Shown one piece after another: positions 11,227 through 22,616 of a DNA stretch of 64,000 bases. Position 1 is the first letter of the stretch. Each line of letters begins with the position of its first letter. Where the stretch lies: contig OX597830.1 of NCBI GenBank assembly GCA_951406725.2, positions 11,160,001-11,224,000 of the forward strand, read 5' to 3'. The notes beneath the pieces are model-generated. The model did no database searches. It worked only from the letters and a program-made list of their open reading frames with translations, and had not been told where the DNA came from. The translations under genes and the position numbers were made by a program. This DNA comes from Octopus vulgaris. Lineage: Eukaryota.

Positions 11227-12629
11227 TTCTTTATTTGGCACCCAAGCCATGACATAGAGGGGACAGCTCAAGGACAGACAGAACACCACAGTGGGGACAA
11301 AAGGCAAAAAAGGAATGAAAATGAAAAAATGTATACTGAAATCGATGATATATTTCTTTACTACCCACAAGGGGCTAAACATAGAGGGGACAAACAAGGA
11401 CAGACAAACGGATTAAGTCGATTACATCGACCCCAGTGCGTAACTGGTACTTAATTTATCGACCCCGAAAGGATGAAAGGCAAAATCGACCTCGGCGGAA
11501 TTTGAACTCGGAACATAACGGCAGACTAAATACGGCTACGCATTTCGCCTGGTGTGCTGACGATTCTGCCAGCTCGATGATAATGAAATGGCTGCATTGA
11601 ACCCCACTTCTCAAGCAGAACCATTTAACTGTTAATTTATACAAGTTATGAAAGTTTTTTCTTTCTTTTTGCATATTTTTTTCCTGAAAGGCATGGCTGG
11701 TGGCAGCAGTCATGCACGAAATGGGGGAAGATGCAAGGATTCTGAAGATAACCTCCACCACCACTCTTAGCGCAATGTCTTGTGGTAGAAGAATCTCTTC
11801 TACAATTCCATGTAGGTCTTTTAACTCAACTTGAATTACCATTTCTATGCCGTAGCCCCCATCAATTAACTTCCTTCGTTCTGGTTATCTTCAGAATCCT
11901 TGCATCTTCCTCCATTCCATGCATGACTGCCACCACCAGCCAAGCCTCTTCGATCTCGGGGAGCACTCTGCCGACTCTCACTTTGGTAACACCTTTGCCA
12001 CAGTACATCGGCAGCAGCACCCACTCTTGTGTCCTTATTGGCTCAGTGGAATGGTTAATAACGTCCTCCTCACTGGAGAACCTAGCCTCCACTGTGCAGT
12101 ATTTTCTTCCACATGTATAGTAGGTGGTTAACCCTCTCACTTCAGCTAGACATTCTTCTATTGCCTCTATTGGAGCAATTTCTATTTTCTTGGTAGCGGT
12201 TGATAACGTCCTGTATACAACCGTCTTCCTTGTTACATTCTTCATCACTTCTTCTGGCGAGGTCAGCTTTAAACTAGACCCTTCCTTTTGTAACAATTTT
12301 TTCCTTTTTCCCATTCCTCTGTCTCTATTTTTATCTCGCGAACTTCAAGGGTGTTGGTCGTAATACCCTGTGTAGTTGCGGATGCATAACTTGCGACACA
12401 TTCCATTTCTCCTCCTTTTCCCACTTCACCCATAATGGGGAAGAAACAATTTTCAAAAACAGGCAAAACACAGCAACAAAAATTCAACAATCAAAACAAT
12501 TCAACGAATCTTGGTTCTCCCACATGGGGAGACCTACAACAAACATATAATAACAGTGTGTAACAATTCAAACTCACGGCAAAGAAACTACTACCAATAC
12601 CCTTCTGGCTTTACAAAGCTCACCGACTC
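11227..12629 (-). mobile_element. Internally deleted Tx1/L1-type non-LTR element (5' region + partial ORF1 + 3' tail)
   Basis: 18-bp TSD AGTCTGGAATCAACTGAT (11209-11226, 12630-12647); ORF 11862-12314 resembles the ORF1 at 53719-54620; tail ends AATAAAGAA. Confidence 0.75.
11351..11573 (-). mobile_element. tRNA-derived SINE family I
   Basis: Reverse complement of the 21939-22170 family; TSD TCGATGATA at 11342-11350 and 11574-11582. Confidence 0.9.
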
Positions 12630-13568
12630 AGTCTGGAATCAACTGATGCTGAGCCTATGAAGAGGTGAACTTTTATAGCTGAAGGGTAGGCTCAAATGCT
12701 TGTTTGGAACAGACTGTCTCATGTGACTTATTTGAAGGCTGCAATTGGTTGGGTTGCATATTGGCACACATGTTTGTTATATAATAGAGAGAGGAAGTTC
12801 ACCAGAGTTCGTTACAGTTGTATTCGAAAGCCAAAGGATGTTTTTTAGCCGAGGTGTAATTTGATAATTTCAGAACATAAGACTTACCATGTTATCTGGT
12901 GTATGGCCGAGTTCAAATGGGTAGAAGACCTAAAGCAAATGTGTGTATGTGTGTGTGTGTGGTTGGGACTGGGGTCAATTTCAATCCAATCGTAGAAAGG
13001 CATTCAAATAATCAGCCACTCTGAAAAGACAGTTTCATGCCATCATCTCTCTCTCTCTTTCACTTCCTCTGCTCAATACACGCATCAGATTTAAGTATCT
13101 TAATTTTCTGATTAAGGTAATTGTTGAGAAGTGGTAATGCAATACATAAGTGCTGGTTTCAAATCTCTTTCAGAAATTACAAGAGATCTACTTAATAACT
13201 TTTTATTTAAGTAACAAAATTTCTTTCAACAATTTCTTTCTTTTAAGCATGACACACGCGGCAGGTACGTATAAAAAACAAATTGGCATATTAATATTAT
13301 CGATGATACAAAACTAGCTAGAAAGAGAGACATATTGTTGAGAACAATAGATTTCGTTGGGGGTACCTGTTATCTCAATTCTAACTTTTCATGACCAAGA
13401 AGAGGTCAAGAGGGTCAAGTGGTAAAGACATAAATCTGCTTAGCAAAGCCATATGTTAAATGTAACTTGCTGTCAACCATTGTTTCTCTGTAAGAAAAGT
13501 GCTGTTGTAACGTTAAGGGAAATTGGTAGATTCTGGTTCAAATTTACTCTATGCCTAAATGAGATCAC

Positions 13569-13980
13569 GGATCTTTTCGGTTTGAATGGCAGTTTTTTCT
13601 AGCGGTCATATGAAATTGTCACCCATAATTATGATCCTAGTATCGATCTATTGCATTTCAATCTGTTTTAGGGTTAGGGTTAGGGGTGGGGAAGGGTATC
13701 TTTTTTTCTTCACAAATGTAAATAAACCCAATCTGTTTCTTAAACGAGGGACATATTCATACGGCACAGAATGTTTTTTTACCTCAATGGACGTCAGTGA
13801 TTGGTTGAAATTGCAAAAATTGAAGAAAAAACAACAAATATCTTACAAACTATAAAATTTTCTCAATATAGCCAAGAGAAAAAGATGTTTTATAAACACA
13901 TTCTACCAGTATACGAAGTTTAAAAGTGTTTAGTTACAAAGAAATTATGTTCAAAACTGCCGTTCAAACCGAAAAAATCC
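13569..13980. mobile_element. MITE, Merlin-like (GG...CC termini, 8-bp TSD)
   Basis: 28-bp TIR GGATCTTTTCGGTTTGAATGGCAGTTTT / AAAACTGCCGTTCAAACCGAAAAAATCC; TSD GAGATCAC on both sides. Confidence 0.9.
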
Positions 13981-14400
13981 GAGATCACTACATATCCCTC
14001 AACCAAATGATGTGGAAAAGCACGTCTCAGTAATGTGTGTTTATATGTGTATATCAACATGTGAATAGGAAGGTTAAATTAAAATTGTGCTACTTCTCAT
14101 AACTTCAAATTTCCGCTATAACTTCACCGTCATTGTTACAGGCATTGCTAAGAAAAACAACAACAACAAAATTTGCATAAAGGCTCCCGTCAAAAGGTAA
14201 ATACACTTTAAGGAAGATATAAACCCTGGGCCACACCACCGTCATCACAAAATGGTAGCTGAGTTATGTTTGTGCATAACCCAGTAAATAAATGAAAAAG
14301 AAATTACGGAAATTAACAAAAAACCAGTTGATCCAATGAGGGTTCTTGCGAGTCAAAAAACGAAAGGTCGCCCAATATTATGTTTTATCACTACTATATG

Positions 14401-15125
14401 TTTCTTTATTGCCCACAAGGGGCTAAACATAGAGGGGACAAACAAGGACAGACAAACGGATTAAGTCGATCACATCGACCCCAGTGCGTAATTGGTACTT
14501 AATTTATCTTAAGGCGGCGAGCTGGCAGAAACGTTAGCACGCCGGGCGAAATGCTTAGCGGTATTTCGTCTGCGTTACGTTGTGAGTTCGAATTCCGCCG
14601 AGGTCGACTTTGCCTTTCATCCTTTCGGGGTCGATAAATCAAGTACCAGTTACGCACTGGGGTCGATGTAATCGACTTAATACCTATGCCTGTCTTTGTT
14701 TGTCCCCTCTGTGTTTAGCCCCTTGTGGGTAATAAAGAAATAGGTACTTAATTTATCTTAAGGCGGCGAGCTGGCAGAAACGTTAGCACGCCGGGCGAAA
14801 TGCTTAGCGGTATTTCGTCTGCGTTACGTTGTGAGTTCGAATTCCGCCGAGGTCGACTTTGCCTTTCATCCTTTCGGGGTCGATAAATCAAGTACCAGTT
14901 ACGCACTGGGGTCGATATAATCGACTTAATACCTATGCCTGTCTTTGTTTGTCCCCTCTGTGTTTAGCCCCCTTGTGGGTAATAAAGAAATAGGTACTTA
15001 ATTTATCGAACCAGGAAGGATGAAAGGCAAAGTCGACCTCGGCGGAATTTGAACTCAGAACGTAATGGCAGACGAAATACCGCTAAGCATTTCGGCCGGC
15101 GCGCTAACGTTTCTGCCAGCTCACC
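14401..15125. mobile_element. SINE I cluster: minus-strand copy interrupted by two tandem plus-strand copies
   Basis: Plus units 14509-14742 and 14758-14992; GGTACTTAATTTATC occurs three times at the junctions. Confidence 0.9.
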
Positions 15126-16447
15126 GCGTCACCAAACAAACAACCTAGATACAAGCCACTACTTGCCACTATGTGTACAGCGTAGCCGACTTATGCTGGT
15201 GACTGATTATTTTGAACTTCCTTATACAGGTGTGCTGTAATCTACCTTTGCGCGTGTAGTAGTCTATCTACGCATGTCTCAGGAAACATACAGAACCGTC
15301 CATTGAAGGTAATCAGGTAACTTTTCATAACTCTTCACTTTTTTTATTTTGTTTTTTGTTGGTCTTTCAAAATTATTATTATTATTATTGTAATTATTGT
15401 AATTAACTTTCAAATTGCTTTGAAGAGAAACTTTAGCTTGTTACCTATCGTTAAGAGGTTGTATTATTTACATCCCTAATAGTTTTGGGTCTGATCGTAA
15501 TAACCTTCTCCTCTCTAAAGTTTCTGTGACACTGAAAACTTAGCTTACCTGCATTGCGAGTTAGTTACTAAGTTTGCTAGAAGAAATAACGATGATTATA
15601 GTATTTATATATATATATATATATTTGTATTTATTATTCTTTTGAATACTGAAAATCTTATTAGTTCTTAGAACTTGATTATGTTTTACCCCTGTATCAA
15701 TCATTAGGGACGATGAAGTGGTAGGGTTGTTGTAATGGTGACCGGTAATAAAGTCACAATTAATTTATGGGATCCGGACAAAACTCTCTTGGACAACACC
15801 CTCCCCCGGACAAAATCTCTGTGACTTCTTTTCCATGACTTTTTTTTTTTTACCTGTATTCGTTGGGAGATGTCTTGGTAAGTTTGTTTTTGTTTTTGTT
15901 TTTCTTAGTGAAAATCGTGCGGGTGTTAATCGAAAATTATACCTATTTTTCAATGTACGTGGAAAAAAATACAGAGATTAAGAATATGGGAATTTTTTTT
16001 TTTTTAATCTCAAGTTTTCTATGAAAAACTCCAAACTGACTGAAACCGTAAATGTCGATATCCTAAAAATAATAGCCAAATGCTTGGAGAACATTTGTGT
16101 GTGTGTGTGTGTGTGTGCGCGCGCGCGCACAACAAATTCAATTACCTATACGAATAAACTAAGTACAGAAATATATGCTCTACATCTCTGTTATATATGT
16201 CAGCTTTCGTTTTCGCATCCATGAAGTTTTTGGGGATGACGGTAAAGCTATTTGATGCACCCACTAAAAGATTTGGGAATGGGGCTAATGCAAATTCACA
16301 CCTCCCCTTCAGAAATGCATTTTTCTGGAAAAGTTTATTCTGACATATAAAACCTAGGAATCCAAATAAACTTTTTCAGAAAAATGCCTTTTTCTAGGAG
16401 CAACATCTTCAATAATGGCAATGATCATTATTATTATTATTATTATT

Positions 16448-16921
16448 GAGTGAGAGAGCAGTGCATGCCATCAAAGTGACACTGGGGTAAAATATACGAA
16501 GCCCAGTATACCCATCATGACTACTCGTCTGATAAGGGTACACTAGGCACATGCATCACAACCATGTGTGCACGACATGGTGATCTCATATCAAGATAAA
16601 CAGCACATGACCTTGCAGGTGGGGCCCAGTTAGAATTTTCTTCTGGTTGAGTAAACCATCCCGCTCAAAAGGTCCTTGAATAAGGGGTGATTAAGGATGT
16701 TGAACGAAACACCCATGTTTCCAGAGGTGAATTATTCAAACCCCCAAAGAATCCCTCTCAACACATGGCTATGATGCTCCCCCACTACTTCTGCTCGTGA
16801 TCAGAGATGCACATATCGTTAGCCACTAAGGGACACGCTCAACTGGTTATGGTCAAACAACTGACAAGCAAATCTGTGGTATTGAGCAGAATATTTGCTG
16901 TAGCCCATCTTTTATACCTAG
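16448..16921. mobile_element. Unclassified insertion between (TTA)n tracts
   Basis: Higher-GC segment flanked by (TTA)n on both sides; no recognisable motif. Confidence 0.4.
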
Positions 16922-16991
16922 ATTATTATTATTATTATTATTACTATTATTATTATTATTATTACTATTATTATTATTATTATTATTATTA

Positions 16992-17200
16992 AGGTAGTTA
17001 GCTGACAGAATCATTTGCACACTAGACAAAATGCTTAGCGGTATTTCTCTCTTCTTTACATTCTGAGTTCAAATTCCACTGAGGTCAACTTTGCTATTCA
17101 TCCTTTTGGGGTCAATGAAATAAGTACCAGTTGTGCACTGGGATCAATGTTATCAACTAATCCCTTTCCCACCAAATTTCAGGACTTGTGCTTATTCTAG
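16992..17200 (+). mobile_element. Diverged SINE I copy
   Basis: AGGTAGTTAGCTGACAGAATC...GAGTTCAAATTCC...TAAGTACCAG. Confidence 0.75.
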
Positions 17201-17281
17201 AAAGGATTATTATTATTATTACTATTACTATTATTATTATTATTATCATTATCATTGCTATTATTAGCATTATTATATTAA

Positions 17282-17350
17282 CTAGCAGACATACCCAGCA
17301 TAGCTTGGGATTAAAATGGCATGGTTTGTCTATATGTTACAGTTATGTAA
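17282..17350 (-). mobile_element. Helitron 3' end (type C)
   Basis: Minus strand TTTTAATCCCAAGCTATGCTGGGTATGTCTGCTAG|T; similar to 38080-38110. Confidence 0.6.
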
Positions 17351-17379
17351 AAATCAAAATCAAATCAAATCAAAATCGA

Positions 17380-17932
17380 TGAACATCAATGGAATTTGTA
17401 GTTTTGTGGTACCAGTGCCGGTGGCACATAAGAAAACCATCCGAACATGGCCGTAGCCAGTACCGCATCGACTGGTCTCCGTGCTGGTGGCACGTAACAA
17501 ACACCATCCGATCGTGGCTGTGCCAGCCTCGCCTGGCCTCCGTGCCGGTGGCACGTAAAAAACACCATCCGAGCGTGGCCGTTCGCCAGCCTCGTCTGGC
17601 ACCTGTGTCCGTTGCACATAAAAAAAAACACCATCCGAGCGTGGCCGTTCGCCAGCCTCGTCTGGCACCTGTGTTGGTGGCACATAAAAAAAAAAACACC
17701 ATCTGAGCGTGGCCGTTCGCCAGCCTCGTCTGGCACCTGTGTTGGTGGCACATAAAAAGCACCCACTACACTCACGGAGTGGTTGGCGTTAGGAAGGGCA
17801 TCCAGCTGTAGAAACACTGCCAGATCTGACTGGCCTGGTGCAGCTTTTGGGCTTCCCAGACCCCAGTTGAACCGTCCAACCCATGCTAGCATGGAAAGCG
17901 GACGTTAAACGATGATGATGATGATGATGATG
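17380..17932 (+). mobile_element. RTE 3' UTR-family copy with ~6 internal tandem units
   Basis: Repeated CACCATCCGAGCGTGGCCGTTCGCCAGCCTCG...GGCAC units, conserved terminal block, (GAT)n tail. Confidence 0.85.
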
Positions 17933-18119
17933 TTGGAACAGGTGATGTGGGAAAGTGCAGCATTGACAACAAAACAGTTGTGGAGTAAATGCTGGGCTAA
18001 TTTGACTAAGCAACATGTCATGGCCCCTGTTTGAAGTATTCGAGGCCCTGTTTGAAGTATTCAGCATTTTGGCGTTGAAGTTGTTATAACGTGAAGCCTC
18101 ATCCGCTTGTATGTTGCCA

Positions 18120-20160
18120 TCGGTACTGTTATATTCTTGTCACCACTATTATGTAGTGGCAGTATTACATGTCTTACTATCTTTGACTCATCTATCGTGC
18201 TATTGCTGATAGCTCTGTAAGGTGACTTTGTAACATCTACCTCGATGCTAACTTGAACTCGTATACATCACATAACTGACACTAAGTCCAACTGAGAACT
18301 CATGCAACGACTCTACTACTACTGACCCTCTACAACAACTGTCTGACTTTATAGTGGCTGGCCCGTACCACTTTGTCACATCTCCCCTTTTAATTTTTTT
18401 TGGGGGGAGGGGGTGAAGCAAGTAATTTTATTTTACTTTATTCACCCCTCCTCCCTTTTTAGCATTTTTTTTTCCAACTTAATATTTTTCTTTTTGGAGT
18501 CTGTTTGTAGGAACTCTGTATTCTTCTACTTTTGCACATAGGTTCAACTGCCTGTTGGTACCTGAAATGTGTCACAGCTATTTCATAGTTTCTTCCACTC
18601 TTCACTTGGTTTCTGTGTCTCTTTTCAATACTTTTTCTGCTTTTAATTCCATGCATCATTTTTTCTATGTACTTTGTAATTTTTCCTTCTTCCCAGTATT
18701 GTTTTCCATTTCTATACAACCTCATGTACACATTATCACCAATTTTGAAAAATTTTGGATTGTCTTTCCTGATACTTTTGTTTCCTTGCCAGGTAACAGT
18801 TTATCAAAAACTAATTTCACCTTCCTGGTGACCATCAGTTCAGCTGGTTAGCTTCCTACTGGTGTCACTCAGTACACCCACTGGAATTGCCATAAAGCAA
18901 CTTCATTTGTGGATGCTTTGTCTGCATTTTCCAAAGCTCTTTTAAAAGTGTCCAACGAACTGCTCTGCTTGTCCATTTGATCTGGGATGGTAACGTGTTA
19001 TTGTTTTATGTTCTACCGTGAACACTTTCTCAGAATTTTCTGAATTCACTGGACACAAAGTGTGTTCCAATATCAGATACAATCACATCTGGTATGCCAA
19101 ATCTTGTGAATAATTCGCGAAAAAAATTTACTACAATTAAGGCAGTTGGTCTTTTGCACTTAACAATTTCCAGTCATTTTGTAAAACTGTCAACGACAAC
19201 TAAGTAGTAATAACCATTTAACGGACCTACAAAATGTGTAGTCTTGTTCATGGACATTTTACTTCTGGCCATTTTTGAGTAGGCAATTTCGCTGCCAGGG
19301 TTTTCGACTTCCTTGTCTATCTTCAGCCAATACACACAACTGTGCATAAGTACTTTGATCCTTGCAATCCCCAGATGTCCAATACGGAATTCTTTCAACA
19401 TTCTTTTTCATGGAGTCTCAGGTACCACTACCCTTTGGCTATGCATCAGTATGCCATTGCATGTTGAATATATGTTTACATCTTGTTTTTTTCTCACTGA
19501 ACCTTTTTTTGTTTTCTTTCTCTGACCCAAGAGTTTTTTTTTTTTTTGTTTCATTAATAAACTTGTCTTTTGATGTATGTCTAGAGTTATTGGTAACTCT
19601 CATACAATGTTCCACATTATGTGTTTAATTTCCTCTTCAGCTCATAGGGCTGCTGGTATCCTTGAATGGTTCACCATTTCTGGGTATTAACCTGGATAGG
19701 CCGTCAGCATGTCCCAGCTTTTATGAAGGTAAATTTTCCATAGAATACTCATAGTTAAGTAGAATGGTGCCCCATCACTGCAACTTGTTTGCTGCTGTAT
19801 GTACTGGGATTCCTTCTTGGATCCATAAATTGTTAGCAACGGGCGATGGTCTAAACTGTCTACCATGTATAAACCTGTTGAACTTTTTTTATGCCAAATA
19901 AAATTGCCAATGCCTCTTTTTCACTTTGACTTCAATTTCTTTCTGCTGGCAAGAATGTCCTTGACACGTGAGCTATCATCTTTGACTTGTCCATTGTGGT
20001 ATTGCTGATAGCTCTGCAAGACAATGACTTTGAAATGTCTACCTTGATGGTAACTCAAACTCCTATATATCATGTAGCTGGCACTGACTCCAACTAGGAA
20101 CTCATACAACAACTCTGCTACTACTGACCTCCCTAAAGTGAATGGCTCTCACTTTGTAAT
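18120..20160 (-). mobile_element. Decayed Ty3/Gypsy LTR retrotransposon (RNase H/integrase remnants between two related LTR-like segments)
   Basis: GHLGIARIK...VYW, GPLNGYYYLVVVDSFTK, RFGIPDVIVSD, KEALAI; PPT AAAAGGGGAGA|TGT at 18381-18392; 18182-18335 resembles 19981-20135. Confidence 0.85.
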
Positions 20161-20215
20161 GTGAGAAGGAGTGTACCATTTTCACTACAACAGAAGTATA
20201 TATTGTTTATTATTA

Positions 20216-20582
20216 TTATTACCTCTGCCTTAGCGAAGGCATCATTTTCAGCCATGTTTGTTTGCTTGTTTGTCTGTGGACAAGATATCTCAAGAACTGC
20301 CGGATGGATTTGGATGAAACTTTCAGGGATGTTTGGCCTCGTGATTGGCATGAACTGATTAGATTTTGGGATAGACCTGGTACCAGACAAGGATTCTGGA
20401 TTATTTTTTTGTGTTTTTTGTGTTAATTTTTGAGAGTGGTTGAGTTCATTTTTAGTATTTTCGTTTGTGAGAGCAGTTGAGTTTCTTTCAGATATTCTCA
20501 TTTTAAAAATCATCTCTGGCTAATTGTTGAGAGGATATTGATATAACCTTGGCGAAGGTTTGCATTTTCTGAGTGCTCTTGT
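20216..20582 (+). mobile_element. Helentron/HINE-like non-autonomous element
   Basis: 5' TTATTACCTCTGCC, subterminal inverted copy GGCGAAGGT, 3' hairpin GCATTTTCTGAGTGC, internal GTTT microsatellite, T-rich insertion site. Confidence 0.6.
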
Positions 20583-21938
20583 TATTATTGTTTTACTTCT
20601 CAGAACATTTGGTCTTGTTTGTTCTGGTAGATTCTGTGAGAGCGGACAGCAGCTTATTGTCAGAGGTCTCACAGGGTCTCTTTCTGCACATTATAAGCTT
20701 TGATACTCGGTTGTTAATTATCATGGGAGGCATTCACCATCCAAGTACCAATCTCAAAGTTTCTTTTGTGATGCTTCGTGTTTCAATTAATTTAAAATAT
20801 AACAAAGAATTTAGTAAAATAACTTAGTTATCATTAAGTTGGTGTTAGGAACATAAATTGTGACTCAGAACTTATGAAAACAAAACATTTGTACTACGGA
20901 GCCAAAGGCGCTTTCAGCTGAGTTGGTATCAAAAGGGTTCAACAAATTTGCCTTTGAATCCAAGTGTACCACAGAAAGCTGTACTAGAAATGGTATTTAT
21001 CATACCAGGATCAATTACAATTGTTACCATGTGAAAGGTTTCTAACTTCTTACATTGCATATTATTTCAGTCTAAATGTTCAGTGTTTTCAAATGCTATC
21101 TTTTTCTATCTCTCTCTCTTTTATGTGAAAGGCAACAACTCACATCATGGCAAAAATCCAGTTAGCTTTGCTGATATATGGTAGTCTCTCAAGTTCTGTA
21201 TTTTCTTGCTGAACAACCTGCACAGATGATTGTAGTGATCAAATGTTTGTGCTGCACATTAGCTTGCTCCCTCCATCAAATCAACATCATTTGTACAGGT
21301 GCATGATGTGCCACATGTCAGATATTGAAGTGATTGCAGAACAAGGCAAGATGAAGTGTTTTGTTCAAGAATGCAACACCACTAAGTCTGGATATCAAAC
21401 CTATGATCTCATGATTGTGATGCAATACCCTAACCGCTGGGCCATGCTGATATATGCAAGAAGGACAATTCATTAATCCACTATCAACAACAGGGAGGAA
21501 ACCTTATCTACAAGCTAGTGGTTATAGTATGTTGGTAACTGAGTCTTTGGTATCCAACTAGTTGGCCTAAAATGTTTTGCAGTATCACTAATACAGACAT
21601 GTGAGAAGCCTTGCTATCCATATACTTGAGCTTTGTAGAATCTAAGCTGATGAATACAACTGAAGTATTTTTGAATCCGAAGAAGAAACCTAGACTTAGG
21701 AATGCTGATTTGGCAATATTATACATACAAGATTGCCTTGAAAAACCTTAGACCAAACATTTATATCCTCTTTGAGGTTTTATTTGTGCATTGTTCATTT
21801 ATAGGAAGGATGTATTGCAAGGTTGTTTCCATATGTCTTTATGCTGTTTACCAAAACTCTCATGTTCTCAATGAAAGATGTTACCAAGACCTATATTGGT
21901 ACATTACATTCAGTTCTCATTATGCCTTGTGGTATTTA

Positions 21939-22170
21939 AGGCAGCGAGCTGGCAGAAACGTTAGCACACCGGGCGAATTGCGTAGCCGTATTTCGTCAGC
22001 CGTTACGTTCTGAGTTCAAATTCTGCCGAGGTTGACTTTGCCTTTCATCCTTTCGGGGTCGATTGAATAAGTACCAGTTACGCACTGGGGTCGATATAAT
22101 CGACTTAATCCGTTTGTCTGTCCTTGTTCGTCCCCTCTGTGTTTAGCCCCTTGTGGGTAGTAAAGAAATA
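21939..22170 (+). mobile_element. tRNA-derived SINE family I, full length
   Basis: A/B-box-like head, central GCCTTTCATCCTTTCGGGGTCGAT...AGTACC domain, tail AAAGAAATA; flanks GGTATTTAAGG / GGTATTTGAGG. Confidence 0.9.
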
Positions 22171-22179
22171 GGTATTTGA

Positions 22180-22440
22180 GGTGACAACAAGATCGTTCTA
22201 CCTTCTAACATGGAAAGCATCCTTGACAACTTGTTCCATCGTTAATCCTCTACTTTTAAGATCTGCTGTTATTGTTCTTTGCCACGTATCCTTTAGTCAG
22301 CCACATCTTTTACCTTGTGGAACCTATTGCAATTGCAATCTTGACAATTGAGTTCGGTTTATAGCGACAAACGTGACCCAGCCATTTCCATCTTTCTTGT
22401 ATGTGGATGATGCTAATGTGTGGAAAGAATGAAGGATAGT
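22180..22440 (-). mobile_element. RTE-type LINE 3' fragment
   Basis: Minus strand RWKWLGHVCR...KDTWQRTITADL. Confidence 0.65.
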
Positions 22441-22616
22441 GTCATCGGTATATATGTCTTATCAGAAGTAACAGTAAAATAGTCATTGAGAAAGTACAGA
22501 AGAATGATGTACCTGAACTCTTTTTACTATGCCATTCAGAGAGAGCCCTTTCAATACATCACAAGTCATTTTGTCTACTATTTTGCTGACTCTGCTAGCT
22601 ACCACTTTAATCATAA

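Larger units (their letters stand above)
10857..12816 (-). mobile_element. LTR (~540 bp once the 1.4-kb insert is removed)
   Basis: Minus strand TGTAAC...TAACA termini, TATAAAA near 12675, AATAAA near 10970, PBS 7 nt downstream. Confidence 0.65.

Noticed and set aside
13668-13685. Telomere or chromosome-fusion relic
   Set aside because: Only three TTAGGG units, inside a TIR/TSD-bounded MITE
17410-17770. CRISPR-like repeat/spacer pattern with hairpins
   Set aside because: The apparent spacers are homologous to each other; this is the RTE 3' UTR tandem array
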